This document shows positions 1 to 12,515 of a stretch of 64,000 nucleotides of DNA, piece by piece. A model generated the notes under the pieces. That model was not told where the DNA came from, did not search any database, and saw only the letters and a list, made by a program, of their open reading frames with translations. Both the position numbers and the translations under genes were made by a program. The DNA is from Candidatus Eiseniibacteriota bacterium (lineage in GTDB: Bacteria > Eisenbacteria > RBG-16-71-46): positions 896,001 to 960,000 of the forward strand of contig CAVUWA010000002.1 in assembly GCA_963744995.1 (NCBI GenBank). The letters are read 5' to 3'. The stretch's first letter is position 1. The number at the start of each line of letters is the position of its first letter.

Positions 1-1
1 C

Positions 2-136
2 GCGCTCGGCGACGCGGCGGCGATGCCGGTGCTCGGCGCGATCAAGCACTTCCGCGACGAGTTCGAGTACCACGTGAAGCACGGCAAGTGCATGGTCAAT
101 CGGCGCAGGGAAGAAATCGCGGGGGTACCGGCTTGA
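2..136 (+). CDS. nuoF: NADH-quinone oxidoreductase subunit F, 3' end (partial)
   Basis: Frame 2 reads ALGDAAAMPVLGAIKHFRDEFEYHV, the conserved NuoF C-terminus. TGA at 134-136 overlaps the nuoG TTG. Confidence 0.9.
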   Translation, partial: ALGDAAAMPVLGAIKHFRDEFEYHVKHGKCMVNRRREEIAGVPA

Positions 137-2817
137 GCCACGTCTCGATCACCATCAACGGCCGCGCCATCGAAGTGCCGAAAGGCACCCTGCTCACCGA
201 CGCCGCGCGCATGGCGGAAGTCCACGTACCGATCTTCTGCTCGCATCAGAAGCTGCCGCCGCTCGGCGCCTGCCGCATCTGCGTGGTCGAGGTCGGCATG
301 CCGAAGCGCGACCGCGAGGGCAAGCCGGTGCTCGGCGCCGATGGCCATCCCGAAATCGCGTGGATGCCCAAACCGCAGACGGCCTGCACCACGACCGTCG
401 CCGAGGGCATGCACGTCCGCACCGAGTCCGCAGGCGCCGTGAAGGCGCGCAAGGGCGTGATGGAGTTCCTGCTGGTCAATCATCCGCTCGACTGCCCGGT
501 GTGCGACGAGGGCGGTGAGTGTCAGCTGCAGGACATGGCGTTCGCCTTCGGCCACGACTTCTCCCGCATGGACGAGGCCAAGCGCACGTTCGTGTCCGAG
601 GACCTCGGCCCGGTCGTGAAGAAGGAAGCGAACCGCTGCATCGTCTGCATGCGCTGTGTGCGCTACTGCGACGAGATCATGGGCGACGACGCGCTCACCG
701 CCCATCAGCGCGGCGTGAAGACCGAGATCTCCTCGTTCAACCGCCAGCCGCTCGAGTGCGAGCAGTGCGGCAACTGCATCGAGGTCTGCCCGGTCGGCGC
801 ACTCACCGCGCTGCCCTACCGCTTCAAGGCGCGGCCGTGGGACCTGCGCCAGCACATTACGATCTGCCCCTATTGTTCGAACGGCTGCTCGGTGCGGCTC
901 GGCGTGCGCGGCATGGAGATCCTGCGCGCCCGCGGCACCGAGCATCGCGGCGTGAACCAGGAATACCTCTGCGTCCGCGGCCGCTTCGGCTACGAGTTCG
1001 TGAACAGCCCCGAGCGCCTGGTGCAGCCGCTGGTGCGCGCCGGAGCATCGCTCGCACCCGCCGGTTTCGAAGAGGCGGTGGCATTCACCGCCGCGCGTCT
1101 GCGCGAGATCGTCGTGGAGCACGGCGCCGGCGCGGTGGCGTTCCTCGGCGGCGAGAAGCTGAACCTGGAGGAGCAGTACCTGTTCCAGAAGCTGGCGCGC
1201 TCGGTGCTGGGCACCGCGCACGTGGACGCGCGCACGCGCTTCCCGGTGCGGGTCGGCGGCGCGGCGATCCTCGGAGCCACGGGCGGCGGCCGTCCGGCGC
1301 TGTCCTTCGCGGATCTTCATCGCGCCGAAGAGGTGCTGATCCTCGGCGAAGACCTCCAGGGCGAGGCGCCGTTCGCGCAGGCCGAGCTGATCCGCGGCCA
1401 GCACCAGAAGGGGCTGCACCTCACGGTCGCCCACCCCAGGCGGGTGAAGCTCGCACGCGAGAAGTTCCGCGGCGACTGGCTCGCCGTGAAGCCCGGCAGC
1501 GAGGTCGCGTTCGTGAACGCGCTCACCCGGGCCGCGCTCGAGCTGGGCGACCCGGCCGATCTGCCCGCGGACGTCGCCGCCGGACTCGGTGCGCTCAAGG
1601 GCGGGCTCGAGGCGTTCACGCCGGAGCGGACCGCGGCGGCGACCGGCGTGCCGGCCGAGGCGGTGCGCGCGGCTGCGAAGCGCCTGCGCGAGCGCACCCG
1701 CAAGGCGATCCTGTTCGGGCGCGCGTTCACCGAGCACCCCGAGGCGCCCGCGCTGCTGCAGGCGATCGAGAACCTCGGCTGGGCCAGCGGCGCGCTCACG
1801 GCGGAGCGATCGTCGATCATGTACACGGGCCCGCATCACAACAGCCAGGGCGCGCTCGACATGGGACTCACCCCGGACCTGCTGCCCGGCTACGTGCCGG
1901 TGGGCGACGCCGCGGGGCGCGCGCTTTTCGCACAGCAGTGGGGCGGCCGAATGCCGGAAGCGCCCGGGCTCTCGGCGCCCGAGATCCTGCGCGCTGCGGC
2001 CGAAGGGAAGATCCGCGCGCTGTGGATCGTGGGCGACCACTGGCTGCGAAGCGCGCCCGACCGCGCGCTGGCCGAGAAGGCGCTCGACACCTGCGACCTG
2101 GTGATCGTCAACGAGCTGTTCCTCACCGACACGGCGAAACAGGCGACCGTGGTGTTCCCGGCCGCGGCCTTCGCGGAGAAGGAAGGCGTCACGGTCAACT
2201 GCGAGCGCCGGCTGCAACGCACCGCGCGGGCGATCTCGCCGCGCCGCGGCGCGAAGCCCGACTGGGAGATCTTCCAGGCGGTCGCACGTTCGCTCGGCGC
2301 GGGCTGGTCGTACCGCCAGGCCGAGGCGATCTTCCGCGAGATCGCGCGCCTCGTGCCCGGCTACTCGGGCCAGAGCTTCGCGACCCTGCTGCCGCTCGGC
2401 CCGCAGTGGGCGTTCGCCGCGGGCGCCGTGAAGCCGGCATCGGTCGCACCGGCGCCCGACGGCAGGCCGGCTGCGGGAACGGGCCTGTGGCTGCTGTCCG
2501 GGGGCACGCTGTTCCTCCAGGGCAGCCTGTCCTATCGTGGCGCGCTGCTGCCCCGGCTCGCGAAGCACGCGCGCGCGTTCCTGAACGGCGCGGAAGCGAA
2601 GCGGCTCGGAGTCGCGGCGGGCGCCGAGGTCGAGCTCGAAGGACCCGGCGGCGCGCTGCGCCTGCCGGCGGCGATCGACGACGCCGTACCCGAGGGCAGT
2701 GTGTTCGTGCCGTACGCCTACGCGGAAGTGGAACTCAACCGTCTCGGTATGCCGGGCGGCGCCGGCCTCAAGGTCGGCGTGCGCGCGGCCGGCGTTCCCC
2801 AGACCACGGGAGCCTGA
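133..2817 (+). CDS. nuoG: NADH-quinone oxidoreductase subunit G
   Basis: Fe-S motifs CSH..GACRIC..C, HPLDCPVCDEGGEC, CIVCMRC, CEQCGNCIEVCP and CPYCSNGC, then a molybdopterin-oxidoreductase-like C-terminal fold. Likely TTG start at 133, coupled to nuoF. Confidence 0.93.
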   Translation: MSHVSITINGRAIEVPKGTLLTDAARMAEVHVPIFCSHQKLPPLGACRICVVEVGMPKRDREGKPVLGADGHPEIAWMPKPQTACTTTVAEGMHVRTESAGAVKARKGVMEFLLVNHPLDCPVCDEGGECQLQDMAFAFGHDFSRMDEAKRTFVSEDLGPVVKKEANRCIVCMRCVRYCDEIMGDDALTAHQRGVKTEISSFNRQPLECEQCGNCIEVCPVGALTALPYRFKARPWDLRQHITICPYCSNGCSVRLGVRGMEILRARGTEHRGVNQEYLCVRGRFGYEFVNSPERLVQPLVRAGASLAPAGFEEAVAFTAARLREIVVEHGAGAVAFLGGEKLNLEEQYLFQKLARSVLGTAHVDARTRFPVRVGGAAILGATGGGRPALSFADLHRAEEVLILGEDLQGEAPFAQAELIRGQHQKGLHLTVAHPRRVKLAREKFRGDWLAVKPGSEVAFVNALTRAALELGDPADLPADVAAGLGALKGGLEAFTPERTAAATGVPAEAVRAAAKRLRERTRKAILFGRAFTEHPEAPALLQAIENLGWASGALTAERSSIMYTGPHHNSQGALDMGLTPDLLPGYVPVGDAAGRALFAQQWGGRMPEAPGLSAPEILRAAAEGKIRALWIVGDHWLRSAPDRALAEKALDTCDLVIVNELFLTDTAKQATVVFPAAAFAEKEGVTVNCERRLQRTARAISPRRGAKPDWEIFQAVARSLGAGWSYRQAEAIFREIARLVPGYSGQSFATLLPLGPQWAFAAGAVKPASVAPAPDGRPAAGTGLWLLSGGTLFLQGSLSYRGALLPRLAKHARAFLNGAEAKRLGVAAGAEVELEGPGGALRLPAAIDDAVPEGSVFVPYAYAEVELNRLGMPGGAGLKVGVRAAGVPQTTGA

Positions 2818-2824
2818 TTCAGGG

Positions 2825-3858
2825 ATGATGCAGATCTGGAGCAACCCCGACTTCCAGTTCGTGTTCTGGGCCCTGGTGAAGATCGTCGTCATCCTCGGCC
2901 TGCTGCTGGGCGTGGTGTCGTACCTGATCTACGTCGAACGCAAGGTGGCGGGGCACATCCAGGCGCGCACCGGGCCCAACCGGGTCGGGCCGCTCGGCCT
3001 GCTGCAGCCGATCGCGGACGTCCTCAAACTGTTCTTCAAGGAAGAGTTCATCCCGGACGAGGCGAACAAGGTCATCTACCACCTCGCCCCCGCGCTCGCC
3101 GTCCTGCCGGCGATGGTGACGTTCTCCGTGGTCCCGTTCGGACCGCAGAGCGCGTTCCTCGTCACCGACATCAATGTCGGGCTGCTGCTGTTCCTCGCCA
3201 TGTCGAGTCTCGGCGTGTACTCGATCACGCTCGGGGGCTGGGCCTCGAACAACAAGTACGCGCTGCTCGGCGGGTTGCGATCCTCGGCGCAGATGATCAG
3301 CTACGAGCTGGCGATGGGGCTCGCCACGGTGGGCGTGCTGATGCTCGCCGGCACGCTGTCGCTGTCGCAGATCGTCCATGCGCAATCGGGGTCGCTGACG
3401 CTGTTCGGGACGCAGATTCCGTTCCTGCAGAACTGGTTCGTGTTCTTCCAGCCGGTCGCCTTCATCGTCTTCATGATCACCGCGCTGGCCGAGACCAATC
3501 GCGCGCCGTTCGACCTGCCGGAAGCCGAAGCCGAACTCGTCGCCGGCTTCCACACCGAGTACTCGAGCATGAAGTTCGGCCTGTTCTTCCTCGGCGAGTT
3601 CATGAACGTGATCGCGATCTGCTCGATCGCGGTCACGCTGTTCCTCGGCGGCTGGAACGGCCCCGGCCCGGCGTCGCTGGGCTTCATGTGGTTCTTCCTG
3701 AAGCTCGCCGTGCTGCTGTTCTTCTTCATCTGGGTGCGCTGGACGTTCCCGCGGCTGCGCTACGACCAGCTGATGCACTTCGGCTGGAAAGTGCTCCTGC
3801 CGGTGACGCTCGTGAACGTCCTGTTCACGGCGTTCGTCATGTTCTGGGGGGCGAACCG

Positions 3859-3862
<4 letters not shown>
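2825..3862 (+). CDS. nuoH: NADH-quinone oxidoreductase subunit H
   Basis: [50 protein letters not shown] and PRLRYDQLM motifs. Confidence 0.97.
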
Positions 3863-4385
<523 letters not shown>

Positions 4386-4389
<4 letters not shown>

Positions 4390-4688
4390 TTCCGCTCGGC
4401 TGGTCACTCGCCCTGAGCGCGACGCTCTTCGCGATCGGCGTGGTCGGCGTGCTGGTGCGCCGCAACGCGCTCGTGATCTTCATGTCCATCGAGCTGATGC
4501 TGAACGCCGCGAACCTGTTGTTCGTGGCCTTCGGCCGTCAGATGAACGACGTCGACGGACAGGTGATCACGTTCTTCGTCATGGCGGTGGCCGCGGCCGA
4601 GGTCGCCGTGGGCCTGGCCATCATCGTGAACCTGTTCCGGCTCCGCGAAACGGTCTTCGTGGACGAAGTGGACCTTCTGAAAGGTTAG
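4386..4688 (+). CDS. nuoK: NADH-quinone oxidoreductase subunit K
   Basis: [16 protein letters not shown] and [11 protein letters not shown] motifs; 100 aa. Confidence 0.97.
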
Positions 4689-4697
4689 GCCGCGCAC

Positions 4698-6629
<1,932 letters not shown>

Positions 6630-6633
6630 TCGC

Positions 6634-8208
6634 GTGAACGGCATGCCCTGGCTGTCGATCCTGGTGTTCTTCCCGCTGGTGGGCGCGGCGGTCGTCTGGA
6701 TGCTGCGCCCGGACGCGACGCGGCTGATCCGCGGGGTCGCGACGTTCTTCGCGCTGGTCGAAGTGGCGATCTCGCTGCCGCTCTGGTGGCGGCTCGCCGA
6801 CGCGCAGCCGGGCTTCCGCTTCGTCGAGAAGGCGGACTGGATTCCGGCGTTCGGCGCCCAGTACCACCTCGGGCTCGACGGGATCAGCGGCCTGCTGGTG
6901 CTGCTCACCACCGTGCTGTCGGCGATCGCGATCGTCGGCGCCTATGGTTCGGTGTCGAAGCGCCCGCGCGAGTTCTTCGCGCTGCTGCTCGCGCTCGAGA
7001 CCGGCATGATCGGCACGTTCCTGTGTCTGGACCTCCTGCTGTTCTACGTGTTCTGGGAAGCGATGCTGATCCCGATGTACCTGCTGATCGGCGTCTGGGG
7101 CGGACCGCGGCGCGTGTATGCGGCGGTGAAGTTCTTCCTCTACACGATGTTCGGCAGCGTGCTCATGCTGGCCGCGATCCTGTGGCTCTACTGGCTGAAC
7201 AGGACCTACACCGGTGTCGCGACCTTCGATCTCGAGGCGTTCTACCGCCTGCCGATCGATCCTGCGACGCAGACGTGGCTGTTCCTCGCGTTCGCGCTGG
7301 CGTTCGCGATCAAGGTGCCGATCTTCCCGTTCCACACCTGGCTGCCCGACGCGCACGTCGAGGCGCCGACGGCGGGCTCGGTGATCCTGGCGGCCGTCCT
7401 TCTCAAGATGGGCACCTACGGCTTCCTGCGCTTCGCGATCCCGCTGTTCCCGCAGGCCTCGGCGCAGTTCACGCCGTGGATCGCCGCGCTGGCGATCATC
7501 GGCGTCATCTACGGCGCGCTGGTCGCGATGGTGCAACCCGACCTCAAGAAGCTCGTGGCCTATTCGTCGGTCAGCCACCTCGGCTTCAGCATGCTCGGTC
7601 TCTACGCCATGAACCCGCAGGGATTCGCCGGCTCGATGATGCAGATGCTCAATCACGGCATCTCGACCGGGGCGCTGTTCCTGCTGGTGGGCGTGATCTA
7701 CGAGCGGCGCCATACGCGGCTGATCGCCGACTTCGGCGGGTTGTGGAAACCGCTGCCCGTGTTCGCCGTGGTGTTCATGATCGTGATGCTGAGCTCGATC
7801 GGCCTGCCCGGAACCAACGGCTTCGTCGGCGAGTTCCTCGTGCTGCTCGGCGCGTTCCGCACCAACCACTGGTGGGCGGTGTTCGCGGCGACCGGGGTGA
7901 TCCTGTCGGCCGTCTACATGCTGTGGATGTTCCAGCGCGTGGTGTTCGGGCCGGTGACGCACCCGGAAAACGAGAAGCTGTCCGATCTCAGCATCCGTGA
8001 GCGGCTGGTGTTCGCGCCGCTGCTGGTGCTGATCTTCTGGATGGGCGTCATGCCGCAGCCGTTCCTCGACCGCATGCAGCCGTCACTCGACCGCATGCTC
8101 GAGCTGTCGCAGCATCGCGCGGCGGTCAGCGCCGCCGCATTCCCGCAGGCCACGCCGGCGGACGCGCCGACGGGCGCGACGGGCGCTTCCCAGGGAGGCC
8201 GCCCGTGA
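6634..8208 (+). CDS. nuoM: NADH-quinone oxidoreductase subunit M
   Basis: FWEAMLIPMY and PFHTWLPDAHVEAPTAGSVILA..LLKMG motifs. Confidence 0.97.
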   Translation: MNGMPWLSILVFFPLVGAAVVWMLRPDATRLIRGVATFFALVEVAISLPLWWRLADAQPGFRFVEKADWIPAFGAQYHLGLDGISGLLVLLTTVLSAIAIVGAYGSVSKRPREFFALLLALETGMIGTFLCLDLLLFYVFWEAMLIPMYLLIGVWGGPRRVYAAVKFFLYTMFGSVLMLAAILWLYWLNRTYTGVATFDLEAFYRLPIDPATQTWLFLAFALAFAIKVPIFPFHTWLPDAHVEAPTAGSVILAAVLLKMGTYGFLRFAIPLFPQASAQFTPWIAALAIIGVIYGALVAMVQPDLKKLVAYSSVSHLGFSMLGLYAMNPQGFAGSMMQMLNHGISTGALFLLVGVIYERRHTRLIADFGGLWKPLPVFAVVFMIVMLSSIGLPGTNGFVGEFLVLLGAFRTNHWWAVFAATGVILSAVYMLWMFQRVVFGPVTHPENEKLSDLSIRERLVFAPLLVLIFWMGVMPQPFLDRMQPSLDRMLELSQHRAAVSAAAFPQATPADAPTGATGASQGGRP

Positions 8209-9671
8209 CGCCGCTCTCGATGCCGACGCTGCTGCAGGTCGACTGGTGGGCGCTGGGCGCCGTGATTGCGCTGTCCGCGGGCATCATGGTCCTGCTGCTG
8301 CTCGAGTTCTTCCCCGTGGGGCCGCGCAGCGGACGGGCCGCGGTCGTTTCGCTCGTCTCGCTGGTCGCGGCCGGTTGGGCGGTGCTGCGGGTCGCCGGGG
8401 ACCGCCGCGAGATCTTCGGCGGCATGTTCCTCCACGACGGCTTCACGATCTTCTTCACGCTGCTGTTCTGTTCGATCGGCGTCCTGGCGGTGCTGTTGTC
8501 CTGGGACTACGTGCGGCGCACGCACATCAACCAGACCGAGTACTACGCGCTGCTGCTGTCGGCGACGCTCGGCATGGTGATCATGGCCGCGTCGAACAGC
8601 CTGATCACGATCTTTCTCGCGCTCGAGCTGATGTCGCTGGCGCTGTACGTGATGGTCGGCTTCCGCCGCACCCAGCTCGAGTCGAACGAGGCCGCGCTCA
8701 AGTACTTCCTGCTGGGCGCGTTCGCGAGCGGCTTCCTGCTGTACGGCATCGCCCTCATCTACGGCGCCACCGGCACCACCGAACTGCAGAAGATCGCGGC
8801 GACGATCGTCGCTTCGCCGATGCTCGACAATCCGCTGCTGCTGATCGGCGCTCTGCTGGTGTTCACCGGCTTCGCGTTCAAGGTCGCCCTGGTGCCCTTC
8901 CACATGTGGACGCCGGACGCCTACGAGGGCGCGCCGACTTCGGTGACCGCGTTCATGTCGGTGGGGGCGAAGGCGGCCGGTTTCGCGGCGCTGCTGCGGG
9001 TGCTGCTGCGCGCGTTCGGCGACGTCCAGGCGGACTGGAGCGTGCTGCTGTCGGTGATCGCGGTTCTGACGATGACCGTCGGCAACGTGTCGGCCCTGCT
9101 GCAGTCGAACGTGAAGCGCATGCTGGCCTATTCGAGCATCGCTCACGCCGGCTACGTGCTGGTGGCGGTCATCGCCGGCGGCACCGAAGGCGCCTCGGCC
9201 GCGCTGTTCTACCTCGCGGTGTACGCGGCCATGAACCTCGGGGCGTTCGGGGTGCTCACGCTGCTCGGGCGCGGGCGCGAGGAGCGCGTGCTCGTCTCGG
9301 ACTTCGCCGGGCTCGGGTTCCGCCACCCGCTGCTCGGATTCGCGATGGCGTTCTTCATGCTGTCGCTCGGCGGCATTCCGCCCACGGCCGGCTTCATGGG
9401 CAAGGTGTACGTCTTCGGCACCGCGCTGCACGCGGGCCTCGTTCCGCTCGTCGTGATCGGCGTGCTCAACAGCGTGGTGTCCGTCTTCTACTACCTGCGC
9501 GTCACGGTGGCGATGTACATGGAGGACCCGCAGGGCGAACCCGTGCACGTGAGCTGGGCCGTCCCGGGGGTCATCGCCATCGGGGTGACGCTGCTGCTCA
9601 CGCTGTGGTGGGGGGTGCAGGCCGGCGGCCTGCTGGTCCAGGCGCAGCGCTCGGTGATGGGCCTGCTCTGA
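8205..9671 (+). CDS. nuoN: NADH-quinone oxidoreductase subunit N
   Basis: EAALKYFLLG, PFHMWTPDAYEGAP and KRMLAYSSIAHAGY motifs. Confidence 0.97.
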   Translation: MTPLSMPTLLQVDWWALGAVIALSAGIMVLLLLEFFPVGPRSGRAAVVSLVSLVAAGWAVLRVAGDRREIFGGMFLHDGFTIFFTLLFCSIGVLAVLLSWDYVRRTHINQTEYYALLLSATLGMVIMAASNSLITIFLALELMSLALYVMVGFRRTQLESNEAALKYFLLGAFASGFLLYGIALIYGATGTTELQKIAATIVASPMLDNPLLLIGALLVFTGFAFKVALVPFHMWTPDAYEGAPTSVTAFMSVGAKAAGFAALLRVLLRAFGDVQADWSVLLSVIAVLTMTVGNVSALLQSNVKRMLAYSSIAHAGYVLVAVIAGGTEGASAALFYLAVYAAMNLGAFGVLTLLGRGREERVLVSDFAGLGFRHPLLGFAMAFFMLSLGGIPPTAGFMGKVYVFGTALHAGLVPLVVIGVLNSVVSVFYYLRVTVAMYMEDPQGEPVHVSWAVPGVIAIGVTLLLTLWWGVQAGGLLVQAQRSVMGLL

Positions 9672-9862
9672 TCGCGGGGCCGGCAGCGGCCGCAAACGAT
9701 CACGAACCGTCAAGTCGGTGGCCCGCCCGTTCACACCTCCCGGCCGGACGCGTATTCGCCGGGAGCGGGCACGGACCGGCGCGAAGGCCGCGCGGACGGG
9801 CGCCCCGCGGCCCCCGCCCGGCGCAGGGCGGTCCGGCATGCATGCGAAGGAGGAAACGCCTG

Positions 9863-10549
9863 ATGAACCGCACGCTCCGATCACCCCTGCTCGTCACCCT
9901 GGTCTTCGCGCTCGCGCTGGTCGGCTGCGGGGCTTCGGGCGGGGAGTCCAATGCCGCGCCGGCCGCGGCCGCGAAAGAGACGTCCGGCGCGCCGGACGTG
10001 CGCCCGCCCGCGCCGGGAGAGGGCGTGGCGATCTTCGCCGGGGGCTGCTTCTGGTGCATGGAGGCTTCCTTCGAGAAGATCGACGGCGTGAACGAGGCCA
10101 TCTCCGGCTTCTGCGGCGGCTCCGAGCCGAACCCGAGCTACGAGGACGTCGGCTACGGGCGCACGCACCACGCGGAATCCATCGAAGTGCTCTACGACCC
10201 GAAGAAGATCACTTACCCGCGCCTGCTCGAGGTGTACTGGCACAACATCGATCCCACCAGCGCCGACGGCCAGTTCTGCGATCACGGCCGCCAGTACCGC
10301 CCGGCCATCTTCTACCGGGATTCCACGCAGAAGGCGCTCGCCGAGGCGTCGCTGCGTCACATCGAGGCCACGAAGACGTTCGACGGTCCCATCGTCGTCG
10401 AGATCACGAAGGCGACGACGTTCTGGCCCGCCGAGGAGTATCACCAGGATTTCTACAAGAAGAACCCGGTCCGCTATCACAGCTATCGCCTCGGCTGCCG
10501 GCGCGACGCGCGGCTGAAGGAGCTGTGGGGGGACGAGGCGGGGCACTGA
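9863..10549 (+). CDS. msrA: Peptide-methionine (S)-S-oxide reductase, lipoprotein
   Basis: FAGGCFWC active site and AEEYHQDFY; N-terminal lipobox-like LALVGC; SD AAGGAGG upstream of ATG 9863. Confidence 0.93.
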   Translation: MNRTLRSPLLVTLVFALALVGCGASGGESNAAPAAAAKETSGAPDVRPPAPGEGVAIFAGGCFWCMEASFEKIDGVNEAISGFCGGSEPNPSYEDVGYGRTHHAESIEVLYDPKKITYPRLLEVYWHNIDPTSADGQFCDHGRQYRPAIFYRDSTQKALAEASLRHIEATKTFDGPIVVEITKATTFWPAEEYHQDFYKKNPVRYHSYRLGCRRDARLKELWGDEAGH

Positions 10550-10628
10550 GGGCGGCGGGCGGGCCGCGAAGGCGGGGGGCGTCCGGCGGCGGCGCGGCCC
10601 GCGGCGCCGGGTCCGGGCACGCGCGGCG

Positions 10629-11873
10629 TCAGGTGCGCCGCGTGTCCTCCGGCCAGCGCAACAGCAGGGCCTCGAGCGCAGCGCCCGCCTGCGCCTGATC
10701 GAGCGCTTCCGGAATCACGGCGAGTGCGTGCGCGCGCGACTGCGGCGTCAGGTGTCCCGAGGTCTGTGCGCCCGCCGGCGTGGCGAGCCACGTCCCGGCT
10801 TCACGCGCGAGCGTGACGCGGATGAAGTCGGTGCGGCCGGCCTTGGATGCGATCGGCGCCGCGGCGCGCACCTCGATCCGCGGCCGGTCGATCGACTTGA
10901 AACCCTGCAGCGCGCGCAGCGCGGGTCGGGCGAGTGTTTCGAACACGCAGGCGACCGAGGCCGGATTGCCCGGCAGCCCGAAGAACAGGCGCCCGCCCGA
11001 CGTGCCGAACGCCTGCGGTTTCCCGGGGCGCATCGCCACGCGCCAGAGGTGGATTCCGCCGATCGCGGACAGGCTCTGCTTCACGGGGTCGAAGTCGCCG
11101 GCCGACACGCCGCCGATCGTGAACACGACCTGTGCCCGCTCGAGCGCGCCCCGGATCGCGGCGGTCACGCGGGCCGGATCGTCGCCGGCGTGCGCATCGA
11201 GCACGACTTCGCAGCCGGCCTCGCGGGCGAGCGCGCACAGCATCGGCCGGTTGCTGTCGTGGATCCTGCCGGGGGCGGGCGGGGCGCCGGCCGGGAGCAG
11301 CTCGTCTCCGGTCGAGATCACCGCGGCACGCGGCCGCGGGCGGGCCCGTGCGCGATCGAATCCGAGCGCGGCGAGCAGCGCGACGTCGTGCGCCGACAGC
11401 TCGCGTCCGGCCGCGAGCGCCTCCTCGCCGGCGGCGATGTCGGCGCCGGCGGGACGGATGTGCGCTCCCGCCCGGGCAGGCGCGATCAGACGCACGCGCT
11501 CGCCTTCGCCCGCGTCGATGCGTTCGGCCTCTTCGAACGGCACCACGGCGTTCGCGCCGTCGGGGATTTCGGCGCCGGTCATGATGCGCGCGGCCGTGCC
11601 GGGCGGCAGCGGTCCCGCGGCGCCGTGGCCGGCGGCCAGAACCATGACCACCGGCAGTTCGATCGGCGCCGCGGCTACGTCACCGGCGCGCAGCGCGTAG
11701 CCGTCCATCGCGCTGTTCGCGAAGGGCGGCAGGGCGTAGGGTGCAGCCACACGCTCCGCGAGGGCGCGCCCCGGCAGCGCATCGAGCGGCATATCGATCG
11801 GCGCCAGCGGGCGGACGGCGGCGAGCACGCGCGCCCGCGCCTCGGCCCAGGAGAGGAACTCGGGCGCCGTCAC
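10629..11873 (-). CDS. moeA: Molybdopterin molybdenumtransferase
   Basis: PPFANSAMDGYA, RIMTGA, STGDEL, GGVSAGDFD and GLPGNP motifs. Confidence 0.95.
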   Translation of the reverse strand: MTAPEFLSWAEARARVLAAVRPLAPIDMPLDALPGRALAERVAAPYALPPFANSAMDGYALRAGDVAAAPIELPVVMVLAAGHGAAGPLPPGTAARIMTGAEIPDGANAVVPFEEAERIDAGEGERVRLIAPARAGAHIRPAGADIAAGEEALAAGRELSAHDVALLAALGFDRARARPRPRAAVISTGDELLPAGAPPAPGRIHDSNRPMLCALAREAGCEVVLDAHAGDDPARVTAAIRGALERAQVVFTIGGVSAGDFDPVKQSLSAIGGIHLWRVAMRPGKPQAFGTSGGRLFFGLPGNPASVACVFETLARPALRALQGFKSIDRPRIEVRAAAPIASKAGRTDFIRVTLAREAGTWLATPAGAQTSGHLTPQSRAHALAVIPEALDQAQAGAALEALLLRWPEDTRRT

Positions 11874-11928
11874 GACCGCGAGCCCTTCAACCGCGGTCGC
11901 GGCTCGCGCACTCGCCCGGGCGCCGGCA

Positions 11929-12408
11929 TCAGCGGCGGCGGTACGTGCCGCTCCGGCCGCCGCGCTTTTCCCACAGCGCGATCGAGCCGATCTCCATGCC
12001 GCGGTCGATCGCCTTCAGCATGTCGTAGATCGTGAGCGCGGCGACGCTCACCGCGGTGAGCGCCTCCATCTCGACGCCGGTGCGCGCGCGGCAGGCGACT
12101 CGCGCCTCGATCACGATCGAGCTGGTACGGGCGTCCGGGGTGAACTCGATGGCGATCTTCTCGAGGGGCAGCGGGTGGGCGAGCGGAATCAGTTCGGCCG
12201 TGCGTTTGGCGGCCATCACCCCCGCGAGATGCGCGGTGGCGAGGACGTCGCCCTTGGGGGCGCGGCCGCCGGTCAGCGCCGTGAACGTCGCCGCAGCCAT
12301 GCGGATCCTGCCGCGCGCCACCGCCTCGCGACGCGTCACCCGCTTGGCGCCGACGTCCACCATCCGCACCCGCCCGCGCGCGTCCACATGTGAGAGCCGC
12401 CTGACCAT
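11929..12408 (-). CDS. moaC: Cyclic pyranopterin monophosphate synthase
   Basis: [26 protein letters not shown] and IYDMLKA motifs. Confidence 0.96.
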   Translation of the reverse strand: MVRRLSHVDARGRVRMVDVGAKRVTRREAVARGRIRMAAATFTALTGGRAPKGDVLATAHLAGVMAAKRTAELIPLAHPLPLEKIAIEFTPDARTSSIVIEARVACRARTGVEMEALTAVSVAALTIYDMLKAIDRGMEIGSIALWEKRGGRSGTYRRR

Positions 12409-12515
12409 GGTGGACGCACATTAGGAACGGCTCACAGGGGTGTCAATCACCGCGCGCCGGTCTGTGTGCGGGATGGCATCGAGCGGCGCCGCGTGCGCGC
12501 GGGGCCGGGCGAAGG

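Noticed and set aside
133..2817. Formate dehydrogenase alpha subunit (moeA and moaC are nearby)
   Set aside because: No Cys/Sec Mo ligand, and it occupies the nuoG position between nuoF and nuoH.
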